NCBI GenBank assembly: GCA_043228905.1
Contig: JBHGNT010000014.1
Span: 13,826,001 to 13,890,000, forward strand
Source: Azolla caroliniana
Lineage: Eukaryota > Plantae > Polypodiophyta
Length of the DNA stretch: 64,000 bases
Direction: 5' to 3'
Under the pieces are notes generated by a model, which was not told the origin of the DNA, did no database searches, and was given only the letters and a program-made list of their open reading frames with translations. A program made the translations under genes and the position numbers. Position 1 is the first letter of the stretch; every line of letters starts with the position of its first letter. This document shows positions 1-12,361 of this stretch, in pieces.

Positions 1-682
1 TTTGGCGTATGCCATCGTAATTATGAGACTTGAGGTTAGGTAACGTACCAACATAGTTTTGGTAAATGAGGGCGAAATAAGGACCCTTGACATATATGTT
101 CTTTTAAAAAAACATATATGATCAATTGCCTCGCATATCTCTTATACGCATCAAACATTAAGCATTCGAGAAGAGCAACTTACTTGGTTGGCTCAAGTGT
201 TTAATGTATTTGTTCTCGAGGTCTCGAGTTCAAATATGACCAAGACCATACAACATCCTTGATACATATGACTATAACACATGTTTAGACTTAAGGTCTA
301 AGTGCACCTCGGGGTCCTCGTAATAGGACTTAAAGAGCCGAAACCACTTATGTGGGCACCGAAACATAGTTTATTGTTAACATTTTTTTCGTGTATAAAC
401 TATTCATGACGCGAACATACATGGTTGAGCCTCGGGGAGCCACCATTAAAAAATCGATATAGAGATCAGGGAAAGACATTTATTTGTCACCCCCATGGTT
501 TTTAAAACACCTTTGTGTTACCATAGTAACATGATCTTGAACCTCATCTCATACGTCTAGAGGGGTATTGACGTGAGATAATGATATCGATTAATGCTCG
601 CCCATGATATGTTTACATCACGACATGATGTTATGACTATATCTCTGACCTTGTCCTATTTCTTTTCCCGAAATAATCTTTA

Positions 683-3600
683 ATGGCTCAAATTAAAGAC
701 CCGATGTCATCCGCTCAAGCGGAAGGAACTCAAGGGAATCCTCCTGGACAAATGTCCACTGAGATGTATTTGGCACAAATAACCCAATTCCTTAGTTTCA
801 CCGCTCAACAGATGACCGAAATTCGGCAATCTCAGAGTGCTCTTGAGGCACGTGTCATTAGTCTACAACGTGAGATTAATAGACCTGATGAGCGACAAGG
901 TGTACCATCATTTGTAGTTAAGCCATTTACTGGAGACAAAAAGGAAAGAACCGAAGAAGCAATCTGCACATGGCTGGTACGATGGGAGTATCATTTTGAG
1001 CTCTATCCCACACCAGATAGTACGAAGATTGCATATGTCGGCCGAGAACTCGGGGGTAAGGCCGCCGCCTGGTGGCGTGGGCTCCGTACTATGGGGAAAT
1101 TGCCCGATACCTGGACAGATTTTGTCACGGTTTTTAAGGGACAATTTCTACAACCTCCCTCTCGAACCGAGGCAGCACAAGCTTTAATGAACCTCTCTAG
1201 CAGGAAATTTTCCTCGCTAGAAGACTATGTTCACCATGCTAGAACCCAAATCCAAAAATCGGGTCTAGAAGGGGACAATTGGTTGATAGCTTGTTTTGTC
1301 AATGGCATCCCCAATTCGGACTATCACTGGATAGTGCACGATAAGGATCCAAAATCCTTCGAAGAGGCCTTTGAAATAGTTCTTCGCTATCAACGCACTT
1401 CGAAGAAGGACCATAACAAACCCAACGAAGCGCCCGGGACTAAGCAGTCGCAATTTGTTGGGAAACGCAAGACACCCAACGAATTCCTGGATCGCGATTG
1501 TAAGCGACAACATCCTTTTTGTGTATTCTGCAAAAAGAAGGGTCATACAAAAGATCAATGTCGAAAGCTCCAACGGAAAGAGCACGACAACAAAGCTAAA
1601 GCTGCAGACCATAAAGGTCAGATTCCTAATGTCCTTCAGGTCTCTACACATCATTTAAGTAATTGTCAATGTTCTTTCCCTCACTATGTATTGGGTCCCA
1701 ATGATTTACTACGTGCAAACGGGTATATCAATGGATCTCCCGTACAATTTTTATTTGATTCGGGAAGCTCACACAATTTTGTGAATGATCGTTTGGTTCA
1801 GATATGGGGAATCCAACCCACCGTAAGTGATCACACCTACACGGTGCACTTGGCTGATGGAAGAGTACAATACATCAACGGGGCGATTCATTCATTAGGA
1901 ATTTCTATTGATACTTATATAGAAGAAGTAGACTTCCATGTAATGAATCTTTGTACCACCGATGTAATACTGGGTTATCCCTGGTTTTATAATAAAAACT
2001 CTTCTTTATTAATTGATTGGGTTCGTCATTCCATTTCTTTTGTCCTGAACGATTGTACGCATTTTATTCAATGTGTAAAAAAACAATCCCTCTCGATTGT
2101 TTCCTCGTGTCCATCAATATCTGAGTTGTCTTGTTCTACGTTATTTTATTGTGTACTTGATCCGGACATTCATGTTTACAATATCGATAATGTCCCGATT
2201 CAATTAACATATTTTGAACAACAACAACTTGATGAAATCTTAAATGATTTTCATGATGTTTTTCCAAGTGAACTACCTGATGGGTTACCTCCTAAACGTA
2301 ATATAGACCATCGTATAGATATTGTACCTGGTGTTGCACCAATAAGTATACCTCCGTATCGCTTAAGTCGATCCGAAGAAGATGAGGTATCTAAGCAACT
2401 CAAGGACTATTTACGAATGGGTTATATACGTTATAGTAAATCTCCATGGGGTGCACCAGTTCTCTTGGTTAAAAAGAAAGAGGGCACATGGCGTATGTGT
2501 ATTAATTACCGACGCTTGAATAAAGTGACGATCAAGAATTCGTATCCATTGCCCCGGGCTGACGATCTAATTGACCGTCTCCAGGGAGCTCGGTATTTTA
2601 CGAAACTTGATCTCCGTACTGGCTACCATCAAATACGAATAAGTGAGGACGATGTTCCTAAAACGGCATTTCGTACGCGCTATGGCCATTACGAGTTTTT
2701 GGTTATGCCTTTTGGTTTGACCAATGCTCCGACTACTTTTCAACAAGAAATGAATGACATTTTCCGAGAACAACTTGGAAAATTTGTCGTTATTTTCTTG
2801 GATGATATTTTAGTTTATAGCCGTACATTACAAGAACATGCTAGACATGTCCGCTTTGTTTTACAAACATTGCGTGACAAACAGTTTTATGCGAAGATCT
2901 CAAAATGTGAGTTCTTCAAGAAATCAATTACTTATCTAGGACATCTCATAACCGAACGAGGAGTTGAAATTGATCCTTCTCGCATTGAGAAAATCAAGCT
3001 TTGGCCCACTCTTCGGAATATTCGAGAAGTTCGATCATTCCTTGGTTTTGTGGGGTTTTTGCGAAAGTCTCTTCGTAATTACTCCCAATTGACGACGCCG
3101 TTTACTGATCTTTTAAAAGGTCAAACGCGTAAGTCTACAAAACCTATTGTGTGGAATGCTACACTAGACCTTGGCTTTAAGGAACTCAAGGACCTGGTTT
3201 GCAAGGCTCCTTCACTTCTTTTACCTGATCCTTCAAAACCTTTTGAGGTTGAAACTGATGCAAGCGATTATGCTATAGGTGCTGTCTTGTATCAAGATGG
3301 TAAACCAATAGCATTCAAGAGTAAGAAACTTGATTCTGCTCAATGTCGGTATACCGTTCAAGAAAAGGAATTATTTGCAGTTATACATGCGCTCAAAACA
3401 TGGCGCCATTATCTTTATGGAAATCACTTTGTGGTAACTACGGACCACGAGTCCTTGAAATATTTTTGTGACCAACAAGACCTGAAAGGTCGTAAGGCAC
3501 GATGGGCTGATCTCATCCAGGACTTTGATTTTTCCATACGATATCGTAAAGGTTCCATGAACACTGTCGCTGATGCACTAAGTCGCATCCGTGAAGTTAA

Positions 3601-5105
3601 CATGCTTAGCTTCACTGCAATATCATCAGATCTTTATGATCACCTTCGAGGAAAGTATCCTGATGACAGTTATTTCGCAAAATACTGGGCAAGAGTTGAG
3701 TCTGGAACAGACACCACCACATCCTCGAAGGAATACTTCCACATTGCTAACGGTTTGCTCTACCGTAATGGGAAGGTTTGTGTTCCAGATTTACCCGAGG
3801 TCAAAAACAGGATTCTTTTTGAATGCCATGATGCACCCTCATCAGGGCACCCTGGAATACATCGTACACTCGTTCTCATCTCCACTCAATTTTATTGGCC
3901 TAAGATGCGTCCTGATATACATAGCTATGTGACTAAATGTCACCAGTGTCAGGTTAACAAAGCCGAGCGACTTAAAGCCGCAGGACTTTTACATCCCTTG
4001 GACATTCCCAATAATAAGTGGGAAAGTATATCCATGGATTTTATTGTTAGCCTTCCTCGCATCCAAAAAGGTAATGATGCCATCTGGGTTGTCGTTGATC
4101 GACTAACTAAAATCGCCAGATTTATTGCTACTAAAACCACGGTAACAGCTCCTGAATTGGCTTACCAATTTGTTGACGAATTGTTTCGTTTTTATGGGTT
4201 ACCGATGGATATCGTGAGTGATCGAGATCCAAAGTTTACTAGTGACTTCTGGACACAAGTCTTTAAGAAGTTAGAAACTACGTTGAGCATGAGCTCCACG
4301 GATCATCCTCAATCCGATGGACAGACAAAACGAGTAAATCAAATTGTTGAGGACATGCTTCGAGCATATGTTGGTGCAAAACCAACAAAATGGGAACGTT
4401 ATCTCCCAATTTTGGAGTTTGCTTATAACAGCTCCAAGCATACGTCGACGGGATATAGTCCTTTTATGTTGATGTATGGTTTTCAGCCACGAGCCCCGAT
4501 TGATGTTAATATACATCATGATGAGTTGTGAAGTACGCAAAACTTTCTTCGGGATATGCAAGATATGTTGCATATTGCACGAGATAATATAAAAACAGCT
4601 CAAGATAGAGCGCGTTTTTATGCCGATCATCAGTGTATTCAACCTTGGACAGAAGGTATTTTTACGTGTACCTCACAATTCTAAGACATTGTCTACGGGT
4701 AAGTGCGCTAAGTTAGCCCCATGGTTTTGTGGACCTTTTACAGTCCTCAAACGCATTGGGTCATCAGCCTATCGTCTCGCTCTTCCCGATGGTGTCGGAA
4801 TTCATCCAGTCTTTCATGTGAGTCGTCTAAAAGAACATCTAGGTTCTGGCGACAATACTGTTACGACTGAAACTTTGGTTACTTCTGAAGAATTATCTTC
4901 TAAACCACATGTACCAGAAAGAATTCTCGATGTTAAAACAAAAAAATTACGTACTAAAGAAATCCGAGAATTTAAAATAAAATGGATGGATAAATCAATA
5001 AAAGATGCCACATGGGAACGCGAAAATACTCTTAGAACTAACTTCCCTAACTTTCGATTGCAAGAGTGCAATGTTTTAAAGAGGGGGAGTATGTTACGGG
5101 CATGA
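683..5105 (+). pseudogene. gag-pol polyprotein of A, disrupted
   Basis: Motifs: zinc knuckle [14 protein letters not shown], protease LFDSGS, RT FLDD, RNase H TDASD, integrase SMDF/SDRD. Relative to B: CGA>TGA stop at 4529-4531, 11-bp deletion at ~4632, integrase QTE>QTK. Confidence 0.93.
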
Positions 5106-5546
5106 CCATTTAATATCCCGTGGTGAGAATTTACCGTAGTATTCTATACACGTGGATAAGTGTGAGGGTTAAACGAGAGTGTAAAGAAGGGGAGGATTAC
5201 TTTTAATCCTCGGGATTGAGACAACCCATTAGGTCAAGTGTGAACTTGCCTGGGGGCCTTGGGTATCGCTATAAATAAGAGGCCTAGCTACCCTCATTTG
5301 ATCATCTTTTGACTACATCGAGACTCTGCTCGTGTGGTGGGTCAACTCTTGTAGCGAGCGCGCCAGCACCAGGTACGACTCGACGCCACGGCGGTGGTAT
5401 GGGACGCCGATCGAGGCTCGAGTCCGTCTCGATCCCTTCGCTCGGGGGTGGTCGGGTGGATCGGCACCCTTCTTTCTCTTTCTCCTTTCTATCTTTCATT
5501 TCTTTATCCTTATCTTAAGCTTACTTTAGTACTTAGATCTATAATA
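5092..5546 (+). repeat. 3' LTR of A (TG..TA ends)
   Basis: Starts TGTTACGGGCATG after the PPT, carries TATAAATA near 5270 and is homologous to 51458-51922. Copia RT sequence resumes at 5547. Confidence 0.9.
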
Positions 5547-7721
5547 GTGACCTTGAGGAACAGGTGTACATGGTACAACCCCCCGGATTTCACTCTGGAA
5601 CGAGCTCCTCGGTAGTATGCCGACTGAAGAAGTCCCTTTACGAACTGAAGGAAGCCCCGCGTGCCTGGAACGCGAAGATCACGCAACAACTACGTCGGAT
5701 GGGCTTGGTCACGTCAAAATCGGACTCTTCCCTGTTCATCCGGAAAGGTCGACTCAGACCGGTTAGTATTTTACTATATGTTGATGACTTGGTCATCACC
5801 GACGCCGACCTAGGTGAAATCGACCACGTGAAGCTCCAGCTTGTGGCATCGTTCGACATGAAGGGTCTGGGGGACCTTCATTACTTCTTCAGGATCGAAG
5901 TGATCCGTACCCCCGAAGGCATATTGATCAGCCAACGTCATTACGTGCTGAGTATGCTCTTCAAATTCGGGATGGCCGACTATAAGTCCGTCTCGACTCC
6001 TCTGGACAGAACCGTCAAGCTTCGTCCCGATACGGGAAAGGTATGCGACCCAATGAGGTTCCGATAGATTTTCGGAAGCCTCATATACTTGACCATCACC
6101 CGACCCGACCTCAGTTATCCGGTCGGAGTGATCAGTCAGTTCATGGCGCGACCTACCGAGGAGCACCTCTAGTGTGCGCAACGCATACTTCGGTATGTCA
6201 ATGACACTAAGGACCAGGGACTGCTATATCAGACAGGTGCAGCCGCGCAGTTAGTCGGCTACACCGATGCTGATTGGGCTGGCAATGCCGCCGATCGCCG
6301 ATCCACGTCCGGATACGCGTTCTCCCTCGGGAGTGCCGCGATCGCGTGGAGCAGTAAGAAGCAGCCGACAGTTGCACTGTCGAGCACTGAAGCTGAGTAC
6401 CGAGGAGCGGCTGTCGCGACATGCGAAGCCATATGGTTGAAGCGGCTACTTAGGGACCTGCAAGAGGAGGTGTCAGATCCGACGACGATATACTGCAACG
6501 ACCTCAGCAGCATCCAGCTCGCGAAAAACCCCGTTTTCCATGCACGGACCAAGCACATTGAGGTGCACTACCATTTCATCCGTGAGCGTGTCCTTTCCGG
6601 TGAAGTCGAACTTCAGTACGTTCCAACAGATCGGTAGACTGCCGACATCTTCACCAAGCCTCTTGGTCTGGACAAGTTGCGGCAATTCTCAGGTGCGCTC
6701 GGGTTGCGTCACCTCGACGTGCCAAACTTGAGGGGGAGAACACTCCCGAACGACCAAGCAAGGCAGCAGGAAAGGAGTGGAGACCGCGACACCGAGTCGG
6801 TTGACTCGGTTGTCGAGTTCGACTTCGGATCGGTTGAAGAAGCCGAGGGCGGACCCGGGGAAAAGTCTGGAAGCGGACAAAAGGGGAGCACCCGAAGGAG
6901 AGAGCCGAAGCCAACCACGCATGGGGAAGATGACGCCATCGAGGGCGAGAAGACCGAAGACAAGTTGGAGACAGCCAACTCGGACGAGAGCGAAAACCGA
7001 TCAGAGGTAGCTGAGTCGGTTCGGATGTTTGATTCAGATACGCTGAATCAACCGAGGCCCAAGCGGAAGAAAAGGCAGCAGGAGAAGTGTCAACACCGCA
7101 ACAGCAGAAGAGCTGATAAGGGCCACATGAGCAGACAAGCCGACTGGAAGGGTCGAAGCGCACGGAGTCGAACAGGTCGTGGAGCGCGAGCGAGGCATGA
7201 AGCCAGGAGGAACCAGAGCTGTGAGCCCAAAGATCCCGAAGAACCTCAAGTTGAGCTTGAGGGGGAGTGTTTAGAGACAAGCTCAACATCGGCCGGATCG
7301 GCTGAAGAAGCCGAGGACCGGATCGGTTGGGACCGATCAGTTAGGCCGAATGCGTAAACCAGTACGCAGACCGGTGCGTAGGTAGAGCCGGATTGGTGCG
7401 TAAACCAGGAGGCCGTTAGGAAAGATATTCCATGAGGAATATATTTGGGAGTTAGTGTAGGAGCTCTTAATGAGCATTGAAGTACTGTCAGTACTTCGGT
7501 CAGTCCTTCTAGGACTTGTATAAAAGTGTTCATTGAACACACATATGTATAGAGTGTGGTGAATAGAGATTGTGTACTTTTGTTGAATATAGTTCTTGTT
7601 TTTTCTCTCTCACTCTTTGTGTCTCTCCCGCGTATACTGCGTAAGCTCAAGCTCTCCATTAAACCTGAGTTTTCTTCCTTCTGTTCGGTCTTCATACTTG
7701 CTTCCGCACGTTACTTTTTCA
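5547..7721 (+). mobile_element. Ty1/copia element C, 3' half (related to J)
   Basis: RT (DLEEQVYMVQPPGF, LLYVDD) and RNase H ([21 protein letters not shown]) with several stops. PPT TTGAGGGGGAG at 7257-7267, then LTR 7268-7721. Confidence 0.92.
7268..7721 (+). repeat. 3' LTR of copia C
   Basis: Runs TGTTTAGAGACAAGCTCAAC...TTACTTTTTCA. Both ends resemble the J LTR ends. Confidence 0.85.
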
Positions 7722-7735
7722 ACGACATAATTAAA

Positions 7736-7752
7736 TGGTGAACCCGATGTGA
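7736..7752 (+). promoter_or_regulatory. Primer binding site, tRNA-Trp type
   Basis: TGGTGAACCCGATGTGA, one mismatch to the PBS at 18867. Confidence 0.8.
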
Positions 7753-7799
7753 AAGAGGCGTCAGGAAGGATCAAATCGAGGATCAACCGATACTTGGAG

Positions 7800-9931
7800 A
7801 TGGCATCCTCAAGCAACCAAGCGGGAGAGTTCGAAAGGATGATGTTGATCATTGAACAAATGATGAGATCTCGAGACAACGATGCGAGCGTGGAGAAGGT
7901 TGTCGACTGTGTCGTTGAGCTCGAGGGTAAATTTGATGGAAGGAACATTACGAAGTTCCTTGATGCATATAGAAGGGAGGTGAATCAAAGGGACGTGTCT
8001 GAAGCACGTGAAATCGCAAGCTTCAAGAGAGTTCTTGCCAACAACATCCAAAGACATGTCATCGAGCTTCCAGAAGGCAAGACAATGTGGTTAGAGTTGG
8101 AAAGATCAATATTAGCGGACTTCACGACGGAAGATTTGTCAAGGATGACTCAACATACCTTGATGAGGTGGATAGAGAAGAAAAATAAGAAGATGAGTGC
8201 CTCGAGGGTGTACGATGAGTTCGACCAAATTTTTCGTCATCTCCCCGCCACGGACAAAGTGCTACTTGAGGAGGACAAGAATTTGTACTTCTTGAAAGCT
8301 GTGGACATGAAGGATAGGCGAGAGTTGGGGACTCTCCTCTAAGATGATACCCAAGCGAACGGGCTTGTGGCGGACTGGGTTGCGGTGAAGCAAGCATGCA
8401 ACAAGATCGACAGGCGTCATCGATTGCTCGATGATATTGACTTGGTAAGACCAAGCGTAGAAAAATCAAAACCATCTAAAGAAATCGAGATGCCTAAACA
8501 ACACATCCAACATGAAAAGAAGATTGATGATGACTCAAGGACGGAGAAGGCCACTTTGAGGGAGGACAAATGTTTCGGAACATGTGTTGCGTTCGAAACA
8601 ATGGATGATGGAGTAAGCCAAATCGAAGCTTGTATTAAGGGAGATAACTTAGAGTGTGAGATCGACATGATGAAGGATCTCGCCACTAAAATCAACATCG
8701 AGGAGGCGGCTATGAATAAGACAATAAGCATCGACAACAATCTCGACCGGATTTTCTCCACACATGTTCTGGAGACTTGGGCAGTTGCGTCAAAGAACCA
8801 ACGTGAGACCCAAGAGATGGAAAGTGTCGGCGAGGAGCCGAAGGTCGAAAAGAATACATGCGGCGAAGAGAGAAGGATAATCGAAGCTTGCTCGATCAAG
8901 AAGGTCAATGGGTACGAGGCCCATGAGATTGAAGAGATAGCCGCGAAAAACGACATTAAGTCGGAGATGGCTATGCATGAGTCGATGGCGGATGGTCATG
9001 TGGAGACTTTCCTAACACTTCATCTAGAGACTTGGGCAGTTGCGTCTGGGAACCAACGTGAGACCCAAGAGAAGGATGGTGGCGGAAAGGAAGAGAAGGA
9101 CCAAGATAATACAACCAATGACAACGACCAAATTTTCTCCACACTTGTTCCAGAGATTTGGGCAATTGCGTCCGAGAACCGATGTAAGACCCAAGAGACA
9201 GGAGGTGATGGCGAAGAACCAAAGGTCGAAACTAATACATGCGGCGAAGAGAGAAGCATAATAAAGGATTGCTCAATAAAAAGGATATATGGGTACGAGG
9301 CCCATGAGTTTGAAGGAATAGCTATGGAAAATGACGTCAGGGCGAAGATGGTGAATGGTCATGAAGAGCTTTTCCCCGCACTAGTTCTAGAGACTTGGGC
9401 ATTAACCGATGTAAGACCCAAGAGATGGAAGCTAGCAGCGAGGAAGCAAAGGTCAATGCTGATTCGAGCAATGACGGCGAGGAAGCAAAGGTCAATGCTG
9501 ATTCGAGCAACTTTAAGATGGAAATGGCTAAGTGCAACACAAAAAAGGCAAACAATGGAAATGTACGGGTCCCTCCACACTCATTCTAGAGACTTGGGTA
9601 TTAACTAATGTAAGAACCAAGAGAAGGATAGTGATGGGGAAGAAGCAAGGGTTAAAGCTTATATGTGCAACAAAGGTTTGAGCAAAATATGACAAGGGAT
9701 GGCGATGGCCAAGCAAGCCATGAGAATCCAAAGGATGTGATCAAAACATCTATCAAAGACACTACTGTAAACGAGTCAAAGTGCCTTGAGCAAGGAGACG
9801 ATCGAGACAAAGGTGGAACATTCATGAGACTTAAACGATTATCCTCAAGAAGAGAGCAAGGGGCTATGACAACAAGTCATGGTAAAGCAAAGAAAAAACG
9901 AATGATATGGTGGATTGGGTGGCAACAATGA
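7800..9931 (+). pseudogene. gag of D with internally repeated acidic extension
   Basis: GKFDGRNITKFLDAY...YFLKAVDMKDRRELG parallels F (LFVKAVDVRDREQVG). It is followed by repeated (H/V)LETWAxAS-NQRETQE units with stops and frameshifts. Confidence 0.75.
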
Positions 9932-10051
9932 TTCGAGTATAAAGAAACAGACATGCTCGACGTTGAGGAGTCATGCTGATCATCATTGCCGAAATCTCAC
10001 ATTCTCTTTTCTTGGCATGTACCGGAGGACGTGCGGTTTGGTGGGGGTGGA

Positions 10052-10808
10052 TGTTGTGAAGATTTTCGACAATGGTGTGAAAATCGTATAAAACATACGA
10101 AATCGAGTATGAATCATATAAAACAATAATAGTGAAAATACTATTTAAAATAAGTTTAATATCTTAGTACACTGAATCGGGCCATACCGAACGGATGCAA
10201 ATTGGACGAATCGGTTGGGTCGGTTGATTGCGGTGCATGGTGTTTTAAAGATATTTGGTCCGAAAGATAGTATTTTGTGCTTTAAAAAGGATGTAAGCAA
10301 GACTTGAACCTTGCACCTCCAAGACAAGACTCAATAGAATTACCACTAGGCTATGTCCTTTCCTTAGAAATGTTTTTCTTGTCATTATAGTTTTAGATGT
10401 AAATTCTCATATTAGAGCTTGATTGAATGACATGTGATGCATGAGTGCCAAATGGCAAACATGCATCACATGCATTCCATGCATTGTATGCATGTTTTGT
10501 ACCCTCACATGCATTATATGCATGGGAGCATCTATAAAAGGATGGATGAAAAAGATCAAAGGGAGCGATGTATTAATCACGAAATTAAAAGTAAAAAACT
10601 CGTTATCCAATTGATGTATCAATCTTGTTCTTCAAATCTTAATCTCTCTCAATCTAAAGTCAAGCGTTCTGTCTTATCTCAATCTCTCTCTCTTTCAATC
10701 TATCTTAATTCCTTTCTCGCTTAGGCTAGTGCAATCTTCATGTCCTTCGGTCCTGAACCCCGGTGGTTCCGCCTCATGATCCGCACATAGTGACGGATCT
10801 TCACGACA
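10052..10808 (+). repeat. 3' LTR of D
   Basis: Inverted termini TGTTGTGAAGAT...ATCTTCACGACA. The end matches ACGACA at 7722-7727. TATAAAAG near 10533. Confidence 0.85.
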
Positions 10809-11866
10809 GCGTGGTTTGCACCACTCTTAGAGAAACACTCACCATTATTAGAAGATTTTGAAGGGTTTATTAATGAGTTCCAAGCCAACTTTGGAGACAC
10901 TGATAGTATGAGGACCGCAATAAACAAAATTTAGTGATTACAACAAGGAGATTGTCTTACTTCCGCTTATGCTGCAGATTTTCGCTTTCTAGCATGGGAT
11001 ATTCCATGGGACGAGGCGGCATTAATGGACCAATTTCGTCTTGGTCTTGCGCAATGATGTGGAGGATTTACTTCTTACCTTCCATGATGATCCAAAACCT
11101 CTTACTGAAGCAGTAAGTCAGGTCGTGCGATGTAACAATCGCTTATTTGAGCAACGTTCTAAGCGCCAACAAATGTTACGCTTCCTACCAATAGAAACAT
11201 ATGCTTCAATGGTCACAACTCCAACCAAAGTATCGAAGTCAAGTGTGGTGGAAGGCCCTACTCCAATGGAAATCGAGACAACATGATGTCGAGGACCATT
11301 ATCGGATGCTTAAAAGCAACAACCGTGAGCGAATCGTCTATGCCTCTATTGTGGTGGTCCAGGGCATATTGATGTGAATTGTCCACATAAACCACGACGA
11401 CAAGTTAACCAAGTAAGTGCTCATGACAATCCCATCTCAATTTCTGCCCCGCCTTCTCGTACCCTAAGTAGGCCTAGTAGTCCCTAACATAAAAATACAT
11501 TTGATGTCTTGAGCCAATTAGATGATGTGTTAAACAGGTAAGTCCGGCCAAAAGCAGAGCCATTTGGTTGTACAGCCCTAGGCATGTAACGTCCGTCCCT
11601 AGTTGTGATTCCATTTCATCCGGTCAAGTTAGTCGAGTTTTCTCTACACAAGTTGAGCTTAACTCATCTAGGTGCCATCGAGTCCCAGCTTCTGCGCTCT
11701 TAGACTCTGGAGCCAACTCCTTTTCCATGGATCGTGAGTTTTCTGTAATGCATAATATTCAGTTGCATAAGTTACCAAGCCCAATGTCTGTCGGAGTCAT
11801 TGATGGACGCCCCATAGCATCAAGTGATATAGTTGAAGAGTTTGAACCAATTCGTGTACTCCTAGG

Positions 11867-12361
11867 TGTCAGAACCAAAAGAAAAGATAGAGTGTAAAGA
11901 GATCACAACAAGAGAAGAATGAACTGATAAGAGAAGAATGAATGTATTAATAAGGTAGAATGAAGATGGATACAAGATAGGCGACGAAAGCTTAAGACTA
12001 GTGTTGATTCGAATTAGTTTGAGAAGAATTATATGTCTATATTTATAGGTTCCTATAACCTAGTGATTTCTATAATGTTCTAGAATGTTCTAGACCTAGA
12101 ATATTCTAAGAAGTTCTAGGATATTCTAGAATGTTCTAGACCTAGAATATTCTAAGATGTTCTAGGATATTCTAGAATGTTCCAGAATGTTCCAGAACAT
12201 TTACAATAGTCAGTCTATTAGAAGAAGTAGCGTTTATTATTTCATATGATCATATGCTATCTTAATGGTTAGGTTCTTGATTATGTATAACAAGGTCTTG
12301 GGTTCAAGCTCAAGTGAAGCCATGATACTTGTGTATTCATGATGCTTATGTATTCATGACA
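11867..12361 (-). repeat. 3' LTR of G with heat-shock-element-like array
   Basis: TG..CA ends, homologous to 14923-15219. Repeated GAAnnTTC units at ~12068-12200 lie upstream of a minus-strand TATA. Confidence 0.9.

Larger units (their letters stand above)
1..5546 (+). mobile_element. Ty3/gypsy chromovirus, copy A (5' end outside window; same family as B)
   Basis: Leader matches B from ~52936. Domain order is gag-PR-RT-RH-INT-chromodomain. PPT GAGGGGGAG at 5081-5089 precedes the 3' LTR at 5092-5546. Confidence 0.95.
7722..10808 (+). mobile_element. Non-autonomous gypsy element D (gag only, no pol; related to F)
   Basis: Last 6 bp of the 5' LTR (ACGACA), Trp-type PBS, gag similar to F gag, repetitive acidic ORF, PPT GGTGGGGGTGGA like that of F, LTR 10052-10808. 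Confidence 0.82.

Noticed and set aside
908-5071. Antisense ORFs shared by A and B
   Set aside because: They are shadows of the conserved gag-pol frame in near-identical copies.
7736-7752. tRNA gene fragments at PBS sites
   Set aside because: They are only 12-18-nt complements of tRNA 3' ends with no cloverleaf, so they are primer binding sites.
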